Source of the DNA: Octopus vulgaris
Lineage: Eukaryota
Reading direction: 5' to 3'
DNA length: 64,000 nucleotides
NCBI GenBank assembly: GCA_951406725.2
Contig: OX597828.1
Coordinates: forward strand, 30,690,001 to 30,754,000
Shown here: positions 41,330-55,787 of the stretch, one piece after another
Numbering within the stretch: the first letter of the stretch is position 1
Layout of the letters: each line of letters opens with the position of its first letter
The notes under the pieces: model-generated
Database searches by the model: none
Seen by the model: the letters and a program-made list of their open reading frames with translations, nothing else
Told to the model about the DNA's origin: nothing
Translations under genes and position numbers: made by a program

Positions 41330-42469
41330 ATATACATACATGCGGAGACTCCTTCGGTCACGAACTAACATGGGATTGCTCATAGAACGTTACCCTCGAA
41401 GCACAAGTCCGGGCAAGGTTGTGTATGATAAACCAGCAGTCGTCCATGCGTACCAACATCCTCTCTCCACGCCACCAATGTCATCCAAAGGAAAGGCAAT
41501 GTCCGATAAAGCTTGGCACCATTGACGTCGCAACTCGTTTCTACAGCGCTGAGTTAACTGGAGCGACGTGATTCCGGGATTCGAACTCAAAACCTTACGG
41601 TTGTAGAAGAATTACCCTTCATCAATTGTCGGCTGTTTATCTACTCCCTATTTTGAGCAATCAACGACAATATGAGACTTCGAAGACAGTTGCTCCCATA
41701 AATACCAAAATAAAATTCTTGATTTATGGAGGGTCAAAGTTAAGAACAAATCTGCACAGTGGAAACATACATGGAAAGCGGAGGATAACAAACATGGAGA
41801 TTCGTTAGATCTGAACGAAGAGAAAAAATTGAACGCTGAGAGAAATATTTTCTCTGAAAAGGGAAAAGATAGAACAGAGACGTCCAGTCCTTATAAAGTC
41901 CCCGTGAAAAGGCAAGATGGTCTCTGGACAAGTGTAAGGAACGAGAACCAGAAAGACGGAGAGAGGGAGAAAAAGAGAATTAGAGAAAATTAGAGAGAAT
42001 AGGTGAGAAAACGAAAATATTTGTTGTTGCTTGAAGTATTTATATATGGCTTTGAAATTTTGGAGCACAGCCTGCAGTTTCTGGGGAGGGAGTGTCGTCC
42101 AAACATCTCGAATCGTACTCATTTTCACTCAGAGGGAATGAAAGGAAAATTCGACCAAGAATGAAGTCGAACTCAGAAAGTAAAGGACGAAATGCCGTCA
42201 ATCATTTTTCCCGGTGTGCTAACGATTCTGCCAGCTCATCGCCTTAGAAGCTCTTATATATTGCTGCTTAGTAATCCGGAGTCGTATCAATAGTAGGAAG
42301 AGCGAACAAAGAGCAAATCTATTAGTACAGAAAGGAGAGGGAGAGGGAGAATGAGAGCGAGAGAGAGAATGAGAGAGAGAGAGAGAGAGAAAGTTAAGTA
42401 TTGAAGTAATAAGTGCATGTACATTTACGCACATATATTTACGTACATACCAACACACATCTACAAGCA

Positions 42470-42905
42470 CGCATACATACATGCATACATACATGCATAC
42501 ATACATACATACATACATGCATGCATACATACATACATTCATACATACATATATACATACATGCATGCATACATACATACATACATACGTACATGCATGC
42601 ATACATACATACATACATACATACATACATGCATGCATACATACATATATACATACACGCATACATACATATATACATACATGCATGCATGCATACATAC
42701 ATGGATACATACATACATGCATGCATGCATACATACATACATGCATGCATGCATACATACATACATGCATACATACATACATACATGCATACATACATAC
42801 ATAGATACATACATACATACATACATACATACATACATACATACATACATACATACATACATACATACATGCATACATACATACATACATACATACATGC
42901 ATGCA

Positions 42906-42939
<34 letters not shown>

Positions 42940-43500
42940 CATACATGCATGCATACATACATGCATACATACATACATGCATGCATGCATACATACATAC
43001 ATGCATGCATGCATGCATACATACATACATGCATACATACATACATGCATGCATACATTCATACATACATAGATACATACATACATACATACATGCATAC
43101 ATACATACATACATACATACATGCATGCATACATACATAGATACATACATACATACATACATACATACATACATGCATGCATACATACATACATACATAC
43201 ATACATACATGCATGCATACATACATATATACATACATGCATACATACATATATACATACATGCATGCATGCATACATACATGCATACATACATACATGC
43301 ATGCATGCATACATACATACATACATACATACATACATGCATGCATACATACATAGATACATACATACATACATACATACATGCATGCATGCATACATAC
43401 ATACATGCATACATACATACATGCATGCATACATACATAAATACATACATACATACATACATACATACATACATACATACATACATGGATGCATGCATAT
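42470..43500. repeat. ~1-kb compound (TACA)n/(TGCA)n microsatellite
   Basis: Direct reading; source of the long MYVC/HTYI ORFs. Confidence 0.97.
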
Positions 43501-43699
43501 GTACGATATTCAGTCTTATTCCAATTTTCCTTGTCAATAGAGAAAGGACCGATTTCTATCATAAATCCAAGGCTTCTTCATTGGAATTTCAATAACATCA
43601 ACTGAGATGTTATATATGTATGTATACATGTAGATTTGTGTGTTCTGTATCATGTCTCCTCAGTACTCTCATATCTAGACGTACTCATATACACTTAAA

Positions 43700-44030
43700 T
43701 GATAAACTGCTGGAAGGTTTTACAGACTCTTAGTTCCAGTGAAATCTTGGATCTGTACTCTTCAAATCAACTTTCTTCTCTCTGGTTTTTAGATGCCTAA
43801 TTTCTCAAGAATGGTATTTAGGCATTGTGTCACATATCTTAGTGCCCCAAGTAATACAAGCAAAAACCTTAAATTGTAACTTGGATAGAGTAACTGCTGA
43901 TTTCTCAATACATCAGCGTAGGTATTCTGTTTTTCACTAATCTTCAGCTTTATGTTAACTGCCGTTAACAGCTGATTTCCACAACTATAGGGTTTTTCTT
44001 CTCTATCCCAAATCATTATGTCAGTTCTAT
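43700..44030 (-). mobile_element. R4/Dong-like non-LTR retrotransposon 3' (restriction-like endonuclease) remnant
   Basis: NRTDIMIWD..NIKLKISEKQNTY..LY..LLGAL pattern. Confidence 0.6.
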
Positions 44031-44616
44031 TGTGTTTATGTTATATTTTACTCGGGTTTACATTGAGATATTCCAAGAGTACTCCTTTTTATTATGAGTG
44101 GCTGTGACTTCTACTATAATGTATATACGTGTATTACTCGAACCTTAACTCCCCCCACTCTTCCTTTTCTTTACTATCAGATTTGCTCCCTCTTCGTTCT
44201 ACCTACGATCTATACGACTCATGTGTAGTGACTATAAGTATACGTTCTGTCCAACGGTAAATTTTGTTTTGCGCGATTTTCCGTTTGAAGAATTTCTCAG
44301 AAGAAATTTCTTCCAAGTTTATCCGACATATACAAATTTGTAATACATATTAGTGAACAAAAGTTATCTAATGTTGAATAAATAATCCGAAAATATTTGC
44401 TTATCAAGTAAAACAAAAAATGTGTAGCAGACGCACGATATAAGAGCGAAAGTTTGATGCAGGTTTGAAGAAGTGCCACTCGAATGTTTAAAAGCGCAAA
44501 TATGTACATTCTAACGTAGAACTTTTGCGTGAACTGGTGTTGGTACAGAAACAAATGCAAACAATTATGAAAGATGAGTCTAAATCTCTTTATGTTCTTA
44601 TTTGGAATCAACACAG

Positions 44617-44678
<62 letters not shown>

Positions 44679-44730
44679 GCACACATACACATATATATAT
44701 ATATATATGCTCATAATTTTTCTATTTCAG

Positions 44731-44804
44731 GTTCTGTGACATGAAATCTCAGAGTTTAGACGAGGAAGATCTTGTAAAAAACCCGCATGATAAGTCTACC
44801 GATG
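44731..44804 (+). CDS. Exon 13 (74 nt, FCDMKSQSLDEEDLVKNPHDKSTD-G), phase 2 to 1
   Basis: tttttctatttcAG / GTTAGT. Confidence 0.7.
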
Positions 44805-45248
44805 GTTAGTGGCGTTTGTGTGAACCGATTTTTTCCAAGTGTATATAAGTTGATCATTTTTTATGAAAGATATCGCGAAACATCATATATTTGTGAGGCA
44901 CAGCAAGTCTGATTACATTTTCATTATTGCATTTTTTTCATGAGGATACAAAATAACCCAGTTCATAAAATGGAGGCGAACTATGTTATGTTGTTCAATT
45001 TTATTTTATAAACGTACATTTAATTGTTATTTAGTTCTCCGGTAAAATCATGTTATTGCTAAAAAAATTCGTAATTTCTTCGACTGCAGTCACAACGGAA
45101 ATATATTTTTTATTCCTAAATTAAAATCCTTATATATAAAAAAATATTAAAGGCAACAGCATATACATTCTTGGTAAAATTCTTTAGATTTCGTCAGAAC
45201 TGGCGTTTTTTCATTCTTAGTTACTTATCTATTCTTTCTCATCGCTCT

Positions 45249-45344
45249 ATCTCATATTCCAAAAGTGTAAGGTTTTCGCGATCTCATATTTCAAAAGTGT
45301 GAGGTTTTCGCGATCTCATATTCCAAAAGTGCAAGGTTTTCGCG
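45249..45344 (+). repeat. 32-bp minisatellite x3
   Basis: atctcatattccaaaagtgtaaggttttcgcg repeated head to tail. Confidence 0.9.
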
Positions 45345-45846
45345 ATTTTAAATTTTGGCTGAAACTCTCACAAAATACCTCTTTAACACTTTAAATACAA
45401 ACGTGTTTAACATATTCCTCGACCTGTGCAAGCAATGATAAATGTAACAATCAATAAATTTGTTCAAATGAATTATGTTATAATCTGTGTAGATGATGTT
45501 ATCCAACATTCTCTTCCTAGAGAGTTAAGAAATGAAATCTTTCCTTATAATATACGTACAACAAATTGAAATACACATTGTTAAATGCCGCCTTACTATA
45601 CGTTGTATTACACAGGATATAAACACAAATTGTACTTGGTCACAGCATTAAAATCGGGAGTTGTTATTAAATTGTATAAATATTATTATTTCAATGAAGA
45701 TAATTCCATTTTTAATTACCTACTCTTCAACAATTTTGCATTACTTATTATGTTATAGATAAATAACAATACTCATTTTCAGTTTGAAATATATTGCATT
45801 TCTATAATTATTTACTGTAAACTTTACTGTTCCGCTGTATTTTCAG

Positions 45847-45916
45847 GTGCGGCAGCAAAAAACCTCTGACGCTTGTATTCATAGCAATTGCTATCTTTAC
45901 TCTGTTACTTAACTAG
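45847..45916 (+). CDS. Terminal coding exon: 0 frame AAAKNL* (stop 45867-45869); -1 frame KPLTLVFIAIAIFTLLLN* (stop 45914-45916), GPI-signal/TM-like
   Basis: gtattttcAG acceptor; hydrophobic C-terminal tail ending in TAG; A6 run at 45857-45862 separates the frames. Confidence 0.65.
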
Positions 45917-47070
45917 TACGTATATTTTATTAATTTAATGCAATTTTGAATGTCTAAAATATGAAAAATTGTCTTAGAATTTCCAGGTTGAATACATATT
46001 TCCGATCTCAAAGTGATTTAAAATTTCCTTCTATTATTGATGAGTTTGACCACACAGTTCAACCAGAAAGTTACGTTAAAATCGTTGAGAATCACCACTT
46101 TTTATAACACTTTATACACTTCCCTTTTTCTATTTTCTCTTTATTTCTGTTTCCGAAAAATCGTAGTAATTAACACGTATATTTGATGTTTGATATTCTG
46201 AAATTAAAATGATTTATATAACTTTTTAAATAAATTTCTGTCCTGTCTGCAAACATAAACATTTGATTTGATATATAGATCAGAAATCGGAAACAAACAT
46301 CACCCTTGCAGATTTTCCGTAAATCAGCGATTCTGTTTCGAGGCTTAATTCTTACATTTCTTTAAATTATAATTTTCACGTGTTGCTTCAGTCATATTTT
46401 GTTAACATATCAAACAGTAAATGATCTTTTCAACCGAATGTATATTTAGAGCTTTTCTAATTTTGTCACTTGTCACACTACATATTCTTCAGCGTACATA
46501 ATTATGTCAGTGTCAATCCTGTGAAATCGTGCTTTGTAAACTACTTTACAATTAAGAACGACATATTCTAACATGAAATACTACAAATTTAAAAGTGAAT
46601 ATATTCCCCCAACCTTGTCTAACATAATAAAACGTCAACGAGAGAAACATGATACTGTAGGCAGGGATTCACGAATATAGAAGAGCTCTTATTTTTGATA
46701 TGAACAAAGTAGTAGTTGTCAAACAAATAGTACGGACAAATAGTACAGACTTGGTAAATAATTTTAAGCTTTAATCAGAAGGAAATATGGGAGGAAAACA
46801 GACAGAAAAGGTGTTCATTCATGTAATTCGTGAAATGAATTGGACGAGAGCTCTACGCATCACAGAATAATGAAAAAATTAGTATCATTGGGATGCAGGT
46901 AAAACCCAAATCGCATTAAATACTGTAAAGATGATAAGTGTTTGCAAATATCACGATCGATGTGGTCAAATCGTTATTGAACATTTTCCTTTAAGAGTTG
47001 AATTATTTAAAATAGAAAATAACATCTCCGAATTATTTTACCCTCTCCGATGAAAAAGGTAATGGTTATA

Positions 47071-47307
47071 TATCTATTTCTTTACTACCCACAAGGGGCT
47101 AAACACAGTGAGAACAAACAAGGACAGACAAACGGATTAAGTCGATTACATCGACCCCAGTGCGTAACTGGTTCTTAATTTATCGACCCCGAAAGGATGA
47201 AAGGCGAAGTTGACCTCGGCGGAATTTGAACGCAGAACGTAAAGACAGACGAAATACCGCTAAGCACTTCGCCCGGCGTGCTAACGTATCTGCCAGCTCG
47301 CCGCCTT
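47071..47307 (-). mobile_element. SINE family A
   Basis: Same head and body. Confidence 0.85.
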
Positions 47308-47794
47308 AAATGGTTATATATCAACAACAAAGGCTTCTGATTTAAGTTGAAGAGCAGTATTGACAATTTCACTGATATGCATTTAAATGGTCTAGAAAAA
47401 GATGACAGGTAAAGCTGACCTTGGTGGAACTTGAAATCAGAATGAAAAGAGCCGCTGGAACAAATATCGCACGGCAATAATCTAACGATTTAAAGATTCG
47501 ACCGGATCAATTCACATATCCCTATATTTCCTATTGTGGAATGTTCCTGGAGTGGAAGCATGTATTTGGAGTATATCGTAGCCGCTAAAGCATAACGTCT
47601 CAATACGGAGATATTAATATAGCAAAGAAGCATTACATTTTCAGTAACATAGTTTTATACCAGCCATTGTATCACTACTCCGCCACACTCACGCGGCATG
47701 GCTTCGCAGAGGGTGCAGCTTTTATACTCATGTCCAGGAGTATTTCAGTCGTTTACATTGGTTCCATGATGAGGGAAATGGTTAACCAGACGAT

Positions 47795-48227
47795 ATTCGA
47801 ACTCAGCACGTAAAGGCAAATGAAATACCTATTTCTTTACTTCTCACAAGGGGCTAAACGCTGAGAGGACAAACAAGGACAGACAAACGGATTATGGCGA
47901 TTATATCGACCCCAGTGCGTAACTGGTACTTATTTAATCGAGTCCAAAAGGATGAAATGCTAAATCGACCTCGGCGGAATTTGAACGTAATGTCAAATGA
48001 AGTACCTATTTCTTTACTACCCACAAGGTGCTAAACACAGAGAGGAAAAACAAGGACAGACAAACGGATTAAGTCGATTATATCGACCCCAATGCGTAAC
48101 TGGTACTTATTTAATCGACCCCGAAAGGATGAAAGTCAAAGTGAACCTCGGCGGAGTTTGAACTCAGAGGGTAACGGCAGACGAAATAACGCTAAGCATT
48201 TCGCCCGGCGTGCTAACGATTCTGCAA
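47795..48227 (-). mobile_element. SINE family A (multimeric)
   Basis: Two tandem bodies plus head. Confidence 0.85.
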
Positions 48228-48228
48228 A

Positions 48229-48718
<490 letters not shown>

Positions 48719-48911
48719 ACACACACACACACATACACACACACACACACATACACACACACACACACGCACGCATATATATATGTATACATAAAGAGGT
48801 GTGACGCTGTTGCGATTCTGTGGACGATGACTGATGGGGATTTGTCGATTTTGTATGTTTGTTCCGTTTGTTTATAACTCTTTACTCTTTCTTAATATAT
48901 TAAACAGGTGT

Positions 48912-48965
<54 letters not shown>

Positions 48966-49739
48966 GTGTGCATATTAGCAACGGAGACGGGCAAAAATTG
49001 CGTCTATTTGCCTGACTGTAGTATCATCTCAGTATGAATATTGCAGTAGATCAGTTTTAAACCTTGTGTTGTAAACGAGATTTATACGTCGCTGGTTGGA
49101 GTACTTTGACTTTTGATGCTACCGATAATCGAATAGCAAATAGACACGATGTCTGTCTTTATATACAAGAAAGTATACTTAACATATATAAAGAGAGATT
49201 AAAAGATACAGATATAGATAGAAGTACGTGTATATATCTGTATTTATCTATCTGATGATTAATAGAGACAAAAGCAGTGTTAATTGTAAGATGGTAATAT
49301 ATATAACCAACTAAAACCGAGTGCTGCGTTGGAATAGAGAATACTGTGGTGGTTAATCATGAGAGAATATCTCATAAGATACTTTGGTGCATATATGCAT
49401 TCCTGTTTATATCGCATTCGGGAGATAAATCAATCACCATCGAGATTTCATTTCGCAATGTGCATGAAAAAAAAATCTCGGAGAAAATCACTAAATTGTT
49501 CCGTAGTCTTTGAAGTGTGAATGTATCTTCTATCAAATACGTATCAGTTAAAGTGAATAGACAATTGAAAAATCCCAGATCATTTAGAGAAATGTTTATC
49601 GCATTTTCTGAAATATGAATGACGAATGGAAACACTTGTACACTACAGTGAAACTGCCAGCACAACACTGCGAGTATAGCAAGTTAAAGCGCTGAAAATT
49701 CTTTATATTTCATATGAATATTGTTTTCTAGATTTTGCA

Positions 49740-50520
49740 CGAAGCAGCAGCTTCAGGGAAAGTGTAAGTCGATTATAGTGATCCCACTGCTCAACTGGTA
49801 CTTATTTTATCGACAGCGAAAGGCATGACATGCATAATATTAATATGAAATACAAGGCGGCGAGTGGCAGAATCGTTAGCACACACCAGGTAAAGAAAAA
49901 TTGCGTCATCTCGTCCGTCTTAACATTCTGCATTCAAATGCTTCAGAAGTCACCTTTGATTTCATTCCTTAGGATAAGTATCAGTTGAGGACTAGGTTCG
50001 ATGTAATGAGATTAATCCCTCCCAAAAATTTGAAACTAATATTAGGCACATTTTTTAAAGCTGACAGATTCTTTAGAACGCCGGGCGGCATTTGAACTGA
50101 GAACGTAACCACAGACGAAATACCTTTTTCTTTACTACCCACAAGGAGCTAAACACAGAGAGGACAGACAAACGGATTAAGTCGATTACATCAACCCCCA
50201 GTGCGTAACTGGTACTTAATTTATCGACCCCGAAAGGATGAAAGGCAAAGTTGAACTTGGCGGAATTTGAACTCAGAACGTAGCGGCAGACGAAATACCG
50301 CAAAGCATTTCGCCCGGAGTGCAAACGTTTCTGCTAGCTCGCTGCCCTCCGTAGAAATAATATTCTCTTCTACTCTAGGTACAATATTTGGGGTAAGTGG
50401 GGGCAGTCGATTAGATCGACCCTACTACGCAACTGGTACTTATTCTATCGACCCCGAAAGAATGAATGGCAAAGTCGACCTCGCTGGAATTTAAATTCAG
50501 AACGTAAAGACAGACGCGGA
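49740..50520. mobile_element. Cluster of SINE family A copies in both orientations
   Basis: + copy 49856-50030; - copies 50080-50347 and 50363-50520. Confidence 0.8.
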
Positions 50521-51934
50521 AGTCCTTAAAATGTCGTCGCTTTCCGTAGAATTAATATTAAACACATTTTTTTTCTTGATGCTAAAAGCATTTCCTCACG
50601 AAATTTGGCCCAAAACACTAAATAAAAACATGCACACCATCGTTGAAATTAAAAAAACGAGAGAAATATTGAAAATCGTAGGATGTTGAATTTCCCTTTG
50701 CTCAATAAGAATATTTAGGATACACAAGTCTTTCTTATTGTAATGAAAAATGTAAAGTGATTTCTAAGAATGCCAAGTGCAAAAATTAAATAGGCCTTGC
50801 ATATCGTCATCATATCAAACTATACAAAAGACGAAACTTACAAGATTAAAAGAAAAATGGTAATGGGAGAATAACATTACAATCTCTAATTTATTAAAAA
50901 CAAATGAAAAGGAAACGCAATTTAAACACAGTAAATCCTAAAATTAGTCTTCCATTTTTTTTTTCTTTGTAAATCACAATATTCAAATAGATAGTTCGAA
51001 TATTGTTTCCGTTAATTTCAAAATTATTTTCAAACGAAAATGTGTGTGACTTAAAGAAGCTGTTATTTCTAGGACATCCCATGGCCACCTGATTCTTTCT
51101 TAATTTCTATATCACTTGGACGTGTATTAATAATTGTCAATTTTCTACTCCCCACAGGTACATTTTATGGAATGAAAATGGACGCTGTAATAGAATATAA
51201 TTACTATCTTTCACTAAACTTTTAACTATGTATATTCCCACTCTATCTTCACTCCTACTTTCAAATTATCTCCACTGACCACTGACCGACCTACATCTTA
51301 ATTTTTCTTTTTTCTTTCCCTTATTTCTTTTATTCTTTATTTTTATTTTTTTGTTATTTTTACTAATCTTTCTCTCTTCCCTTTCATTCTTTCTTTCTCT
51401 CCTCTTTTGTCTCTTTCTTCTTTTTTTCATTCCTCACTTCCTGCTCTCATCTTAACCATACTAATGCACTCCCTATTTCTAGGTCACTTTAAATACAAAC
51501 CTTGACTCTGCTACACTCTATATAAATTCTCTACTGGGAATGACCAAGTTTAAGAGAATTTTACTTTGCTTGTAAACGCTATATTTGGATGGACTCATAC
51601 TAAACTCTTTTTTGGGATTTTATTCAAAGGATATTGGAATATTTTATATCCACCATTCTGTATATAAAACGGATTTACAAATTCAATAACCATACATGCC
51701 TTACATCTATTTTCTTTTCTCCACCTCACTCTCTATTTGTATCATATCGAAACTAACTATGACTTATGTTTTCCTCTCACACCGTCACCGATGAAGAGAT
51801 ATTATTAACTGATATCCTGGAAACAGATGTAAGAATTTCTATCTATAAAGGTCTAATATCTATACAGCCTTAGTTTTTATTTCATTACGCAAAAAATTCT
51901 CATACATATGCGTACATACATATATACATACATA

Positions 51935-51980
<46 letters not shown>

Positions 51981-52019
51981 TATATATATAAATATATATA
52001 CATAAATATATATATATAA

Positions 52020-52104
<85 letters not shown>

Positions 52105-52221
52105 TACATACTTAACCACAAGAACACTCACTTATACGTTAGGTTCAATTAAAATTTTATTTACCAAAATATATTCGTCGCTTTGAGAGCACAACCTGAT
52201 TACTGACAGAATTCCCTACTG

Positions 52222-52271
<50 letters not shown>

Positions 52272-52899
52272 CGTTAGAACAAAATGGCTCTCCCTAGACA
52301 TAGTATTATATATATGTGTGGGCATGTATACACACACTATACGTGTACCGCCATGTTTCTAATTTCTCTTTCATAATTTCTTAGGAGACAACGCTTCAAA
52401 ATCTTCCTACACATGTAGATGTAATAATATGTTTGTAAAATATTATGGCGATGCGACATGTGCATGTTTCAGGAATTTACATATATTTATAAATGCATAT
52501 AGGTAATATTTATCCCGACTTACACGAACTTCTAAATGCATATAGCTATATGTTATGCTTGTACACATGTACATACAGATAAAAACACACAAATCTACAC
52601 ACATACACACAACGCACATATATATCGTTTTTGTTGTTACTTTGCTAAATTTGTCAATGGAACGTATCACATCACTTTGATGCAGAACAACAAACCTGCC
52701 AAAGGTCGGCAAGTTTCAGAGTACGAATCTGTGGAAAGAACACATTTCTTCCTCTTCTAATTCTGATTATATTGGCAATGAATATGATGACCAGGCAAAT
52801 GTGAAATCCAAGGTCGATGTGATTTATATTTTGGCGACAAATAACTCCATAGAATTTTTTTTTTTCTCTTTGCATATAATATTACTTATGCGTATTGTA

Positions 52900-53400
52900 A
52901 TCGTATTGAAATACTTTTGGCAATAAACGCGCGCACTGTCGAAATAGTTCGGTATGGCGCTGGAATCCTGAAGCAGACAGCGGGGGAGCTAAAGGAAATG
53001 GACAGGAAGTCGTGAAAGCTCCTAACGATGCATGGAGTCCATCATCTACGTGTAGACACCGATCGCCTATATATACATGAACAGAGCAAATGGAGTAACG
53101 GGACTGATGAGTGTGGAAGAGTGCGTCCGTATTGAACTCGATAGTTCAATGAGATACCTGCCCCACAGTAATGAAAACTTGCTAGTGTTAGTCAGGGATG
53201 AGGGAATGTTGAAAGCAGAGAACAAAGGAAAAACAAAGGGAGTAGTAAAAAAAAGGACATGAGAAAGAATTATGCAACAAGGGGCTACATCTGGTTTGGC
53301 AGTCACATCTCTTGCAAACTGACCGTACATTTTTTCCTTCCTTGCTTTTATTTTTTTCTTGTTCATTTCTTTAGTCACACAATTTTCAAATATTGATGAG
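52900..53400 (+). mobile_element. R4/Dong-like LINE fragment with internal inversion
   Basis: + strand AINA..VRYGAGI..ELKEMDRK..LLTMHGVHH..DTDRLY..GLMSVEECV; - strand KEKMYGQFAR near 53290-53345. Confidence 0.7.
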
Positions 53401-53507
53401 ACCAGCCCTGTTAGTGTGTTTCAACAGGTGTTTCACGGCACTTTTGTATATACCACCTTAGTTTGTTTTCTTCCTCCTCTTCCTCCTCCTCCTTCTTTTC
53501 CTTCTCT

Positions 53508-53530
53508 TTATTATTATAACTATTATTATA

Positions 53531-53561
<31 letters not shown>

Positions 53562-53689
53562 GTAGTAGTAGTAGTAGCATCAGCAGTAGTAGTAGCAGCA
53601 GCAGTAGTAGTAGTTGCAGTAGTAGTAGAAGCAGCAGCAGCAGTAGTAGTAGTGGTAGTAGCAGCAGCATAGTAGTAGTAGGAGTTGTT

Positions 53690-53742
<53 letters not shown>
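53508..53742. repeat. (TAT)n/(TAG)n/(CAG)n trinucleotide tract
   Basis: Direct reading. Confidence 0.95.
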
Positions 53743-53743
<1 letters not shown>

Positions 53744-55084
53744 TTATTGTTGTTCTTGGTCTGGCTATCATTTCTATTATGGTTACAAGGAATGAACACT
53801 TTTTGATTTTGGAAGAATCAGTCGATTGCCTCATCCCCATTACTGGACTCACGATTTTTTTTAAAAATCGATCTCCATAGATAAAGTCTTCAGCCTTTGC
53901 TAAACTATGTCACTAGCTGAACTTCCAAGTCCATATCACATGCTTGCAACATTTCTTTATTGGTAAGCTTTTTTTTATGTCTGCAACAGGAAAACACTCC
54001 TTTACATGCACACATATACACATACGTATGTATATATAAGACCCTTCTTGGTTACTTCTGAGTTTCATCACGCTTAGTTCGTCACCTGAATATATACAGA
54101 GGTGAATCATTCGGAGGTTGCATGGATAATGGAATATGACAATGGCATTTGCTCCATGTTTAAATATAATGAAAACACAGAGCTTCCAGTATAACGATAG
54201 TGTATAAACCATTCTTTAAAGATTTAGCATGCTCTTCCTTTGTACATATACCTTACACAATTGTTGTAAGTTGACTAGATTTATATTGCGGCGAATATTG
54301 TTCTACAAAAACTTCTCCAACTAAGATATGTTAGTATGTTTAAAAATAGAAGTATTGCTCGCGTTTTCTGAATATGAAAAAAATTTATACAGGGGATCAT
54401 CTGCCTGCTGCATGTAATGAGTGAAATTGAATTATTGAATTCTAAATAACATTTATGAGAGCGATATATTTTGGTATTGGAATCTTTTGGTGCAAATGGT
54501 TTCTTTCTATATAAGAAATTTAAGAGTCATAAGGGAGTGGTGAATGCAATCTTTGGTATGTCACATTATCTCATATTTCATAGAATATGTAATTAAAGTT
54601 GCAATAAAAAAATGAAAGAACCATTAATAGTCACTATATATCTGGAAATCACCAGCTGAAGTGATACTAAGTGATTAGGGATGAACATGGTGTATTTTTT
54701 GTGCTTCAGAATTGAGGTTGATATATTCGGAGGATTGTATATGCAACCCGGATTTATAAAGTAAAATACATATTTTCGTTTAGGCCACTAGTATTAACCA
54801 TGGATCATAATATGAATCTCAAAATATGTTATATGTCTTGTGGTGCTTAATTTCTCATGATTATTCTGAATATTTTGTAAATCAAGGCAGTTAAACAGAC
54901 ATGGAAATTCGTATATATTCAATAGTTTTATGTAACTCCTTGTAATGGTATGTAAATCGTCAATGGCAATATAAGGAAAGCTTTGAGACTGACCGTAATG
55001 TACATATGAAAGTTTAAATGGAATAAATTGTGGAAAGATTACTCAGAGACATTTTCTGCACTGCCAGTAACGCATATAATTAGA

Positions 55085-55787
55085 TCCAATTCACAGTAAC
55101 ATGGTGGCAGCGAACTTTAGTGGAAGTTATCGTTCAAAAATAATTCTAATGATATAACTGACAATAACATTTTCTCACTTTCTTGAGTACACAGTTTAAT
55201 TCAACTTTGATGTTGTAGAATAGGCTGCCTCTGCCCTTTCCTGTGCAGAACGTATTTATAATTAATTATTTGTGAAATATATGATAGGTGGTGAAAGAAT
55301 TTCGCTTTGAATGTTGGAAATTTTTCTTACTGATTTGTAGTAGAAAAACGCCATTTTCTTACACGGTTGCAAGTGAAAATAAACGCAATCGGCACTTATT
55401 AAAATGCATCTGATTGTTCAGCAGAAATTAAAGAAACTACAAAGATAAGGCTTTTAAATGCTCTACCCGCCAATGGAATACGTAGTGACTCTTATATTTC
55501 GGAAGTCGAATGTTCCGGACATGAAAGTGTAATTATGAACATAAATGTAGCATGCGTGTTTTCTTTTAAAAGTTTGAAGAAATGAAGTGTGGTTGTTGCT
55601 TACCTTTTCTTAATACACATACTTATATAATTATAAGTTATAATAAAGGATAAAACATTACACTAAATAATCCACTACACCCCAGTATATTTCAAGTGGG
55701 ATAAGTGCTCGGATAATGAACACTTCCAAACTAATTTGATGTATGGTCGTTCAATAATAGCTTATGAAAGTTTGGGATAATGAATAG
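55085..55787 (+). pseudogene. Decayed paralog fragment (exon 3-like, intron, exon 4-like)
   Basis: 55696-55787 reads WDKCSDNEHFQTNLMYGRSII (cf. WGACSDERDFEKKLAYSHSIM), then frameshifts; aligned acceptor is ttcAA; intron shares 'tgacaataacattttctca' and 'tgataggtg' with 13425-13563. Confidence 0.7.

Noticed and set aside
42219-43595. Long ORFs of up to 392 aa (MYVC/HTYI repeats)
   Set aside because: Translation of a tetranucleotide microsatellite that lacks stops in most frames. The same applies to all YIYI, CVCV, poly-K, poly-L and poly-S ORFs in the track.
45035-45041. Possible 7-nt exon (AG|TTCTCCG|GTAAAA) that would put the hydrophobic tail in frame
   Set aside because: Weak donor and acceptor compared with the other exons; such matches are expected by chance. 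Kept only as an alternative to test with cDNA.
45249-45344. 32-bp repeats of CRISPR-like length
   Set aside because: Head-to-tail with no spacers, no cas genes, eukaryotic context.
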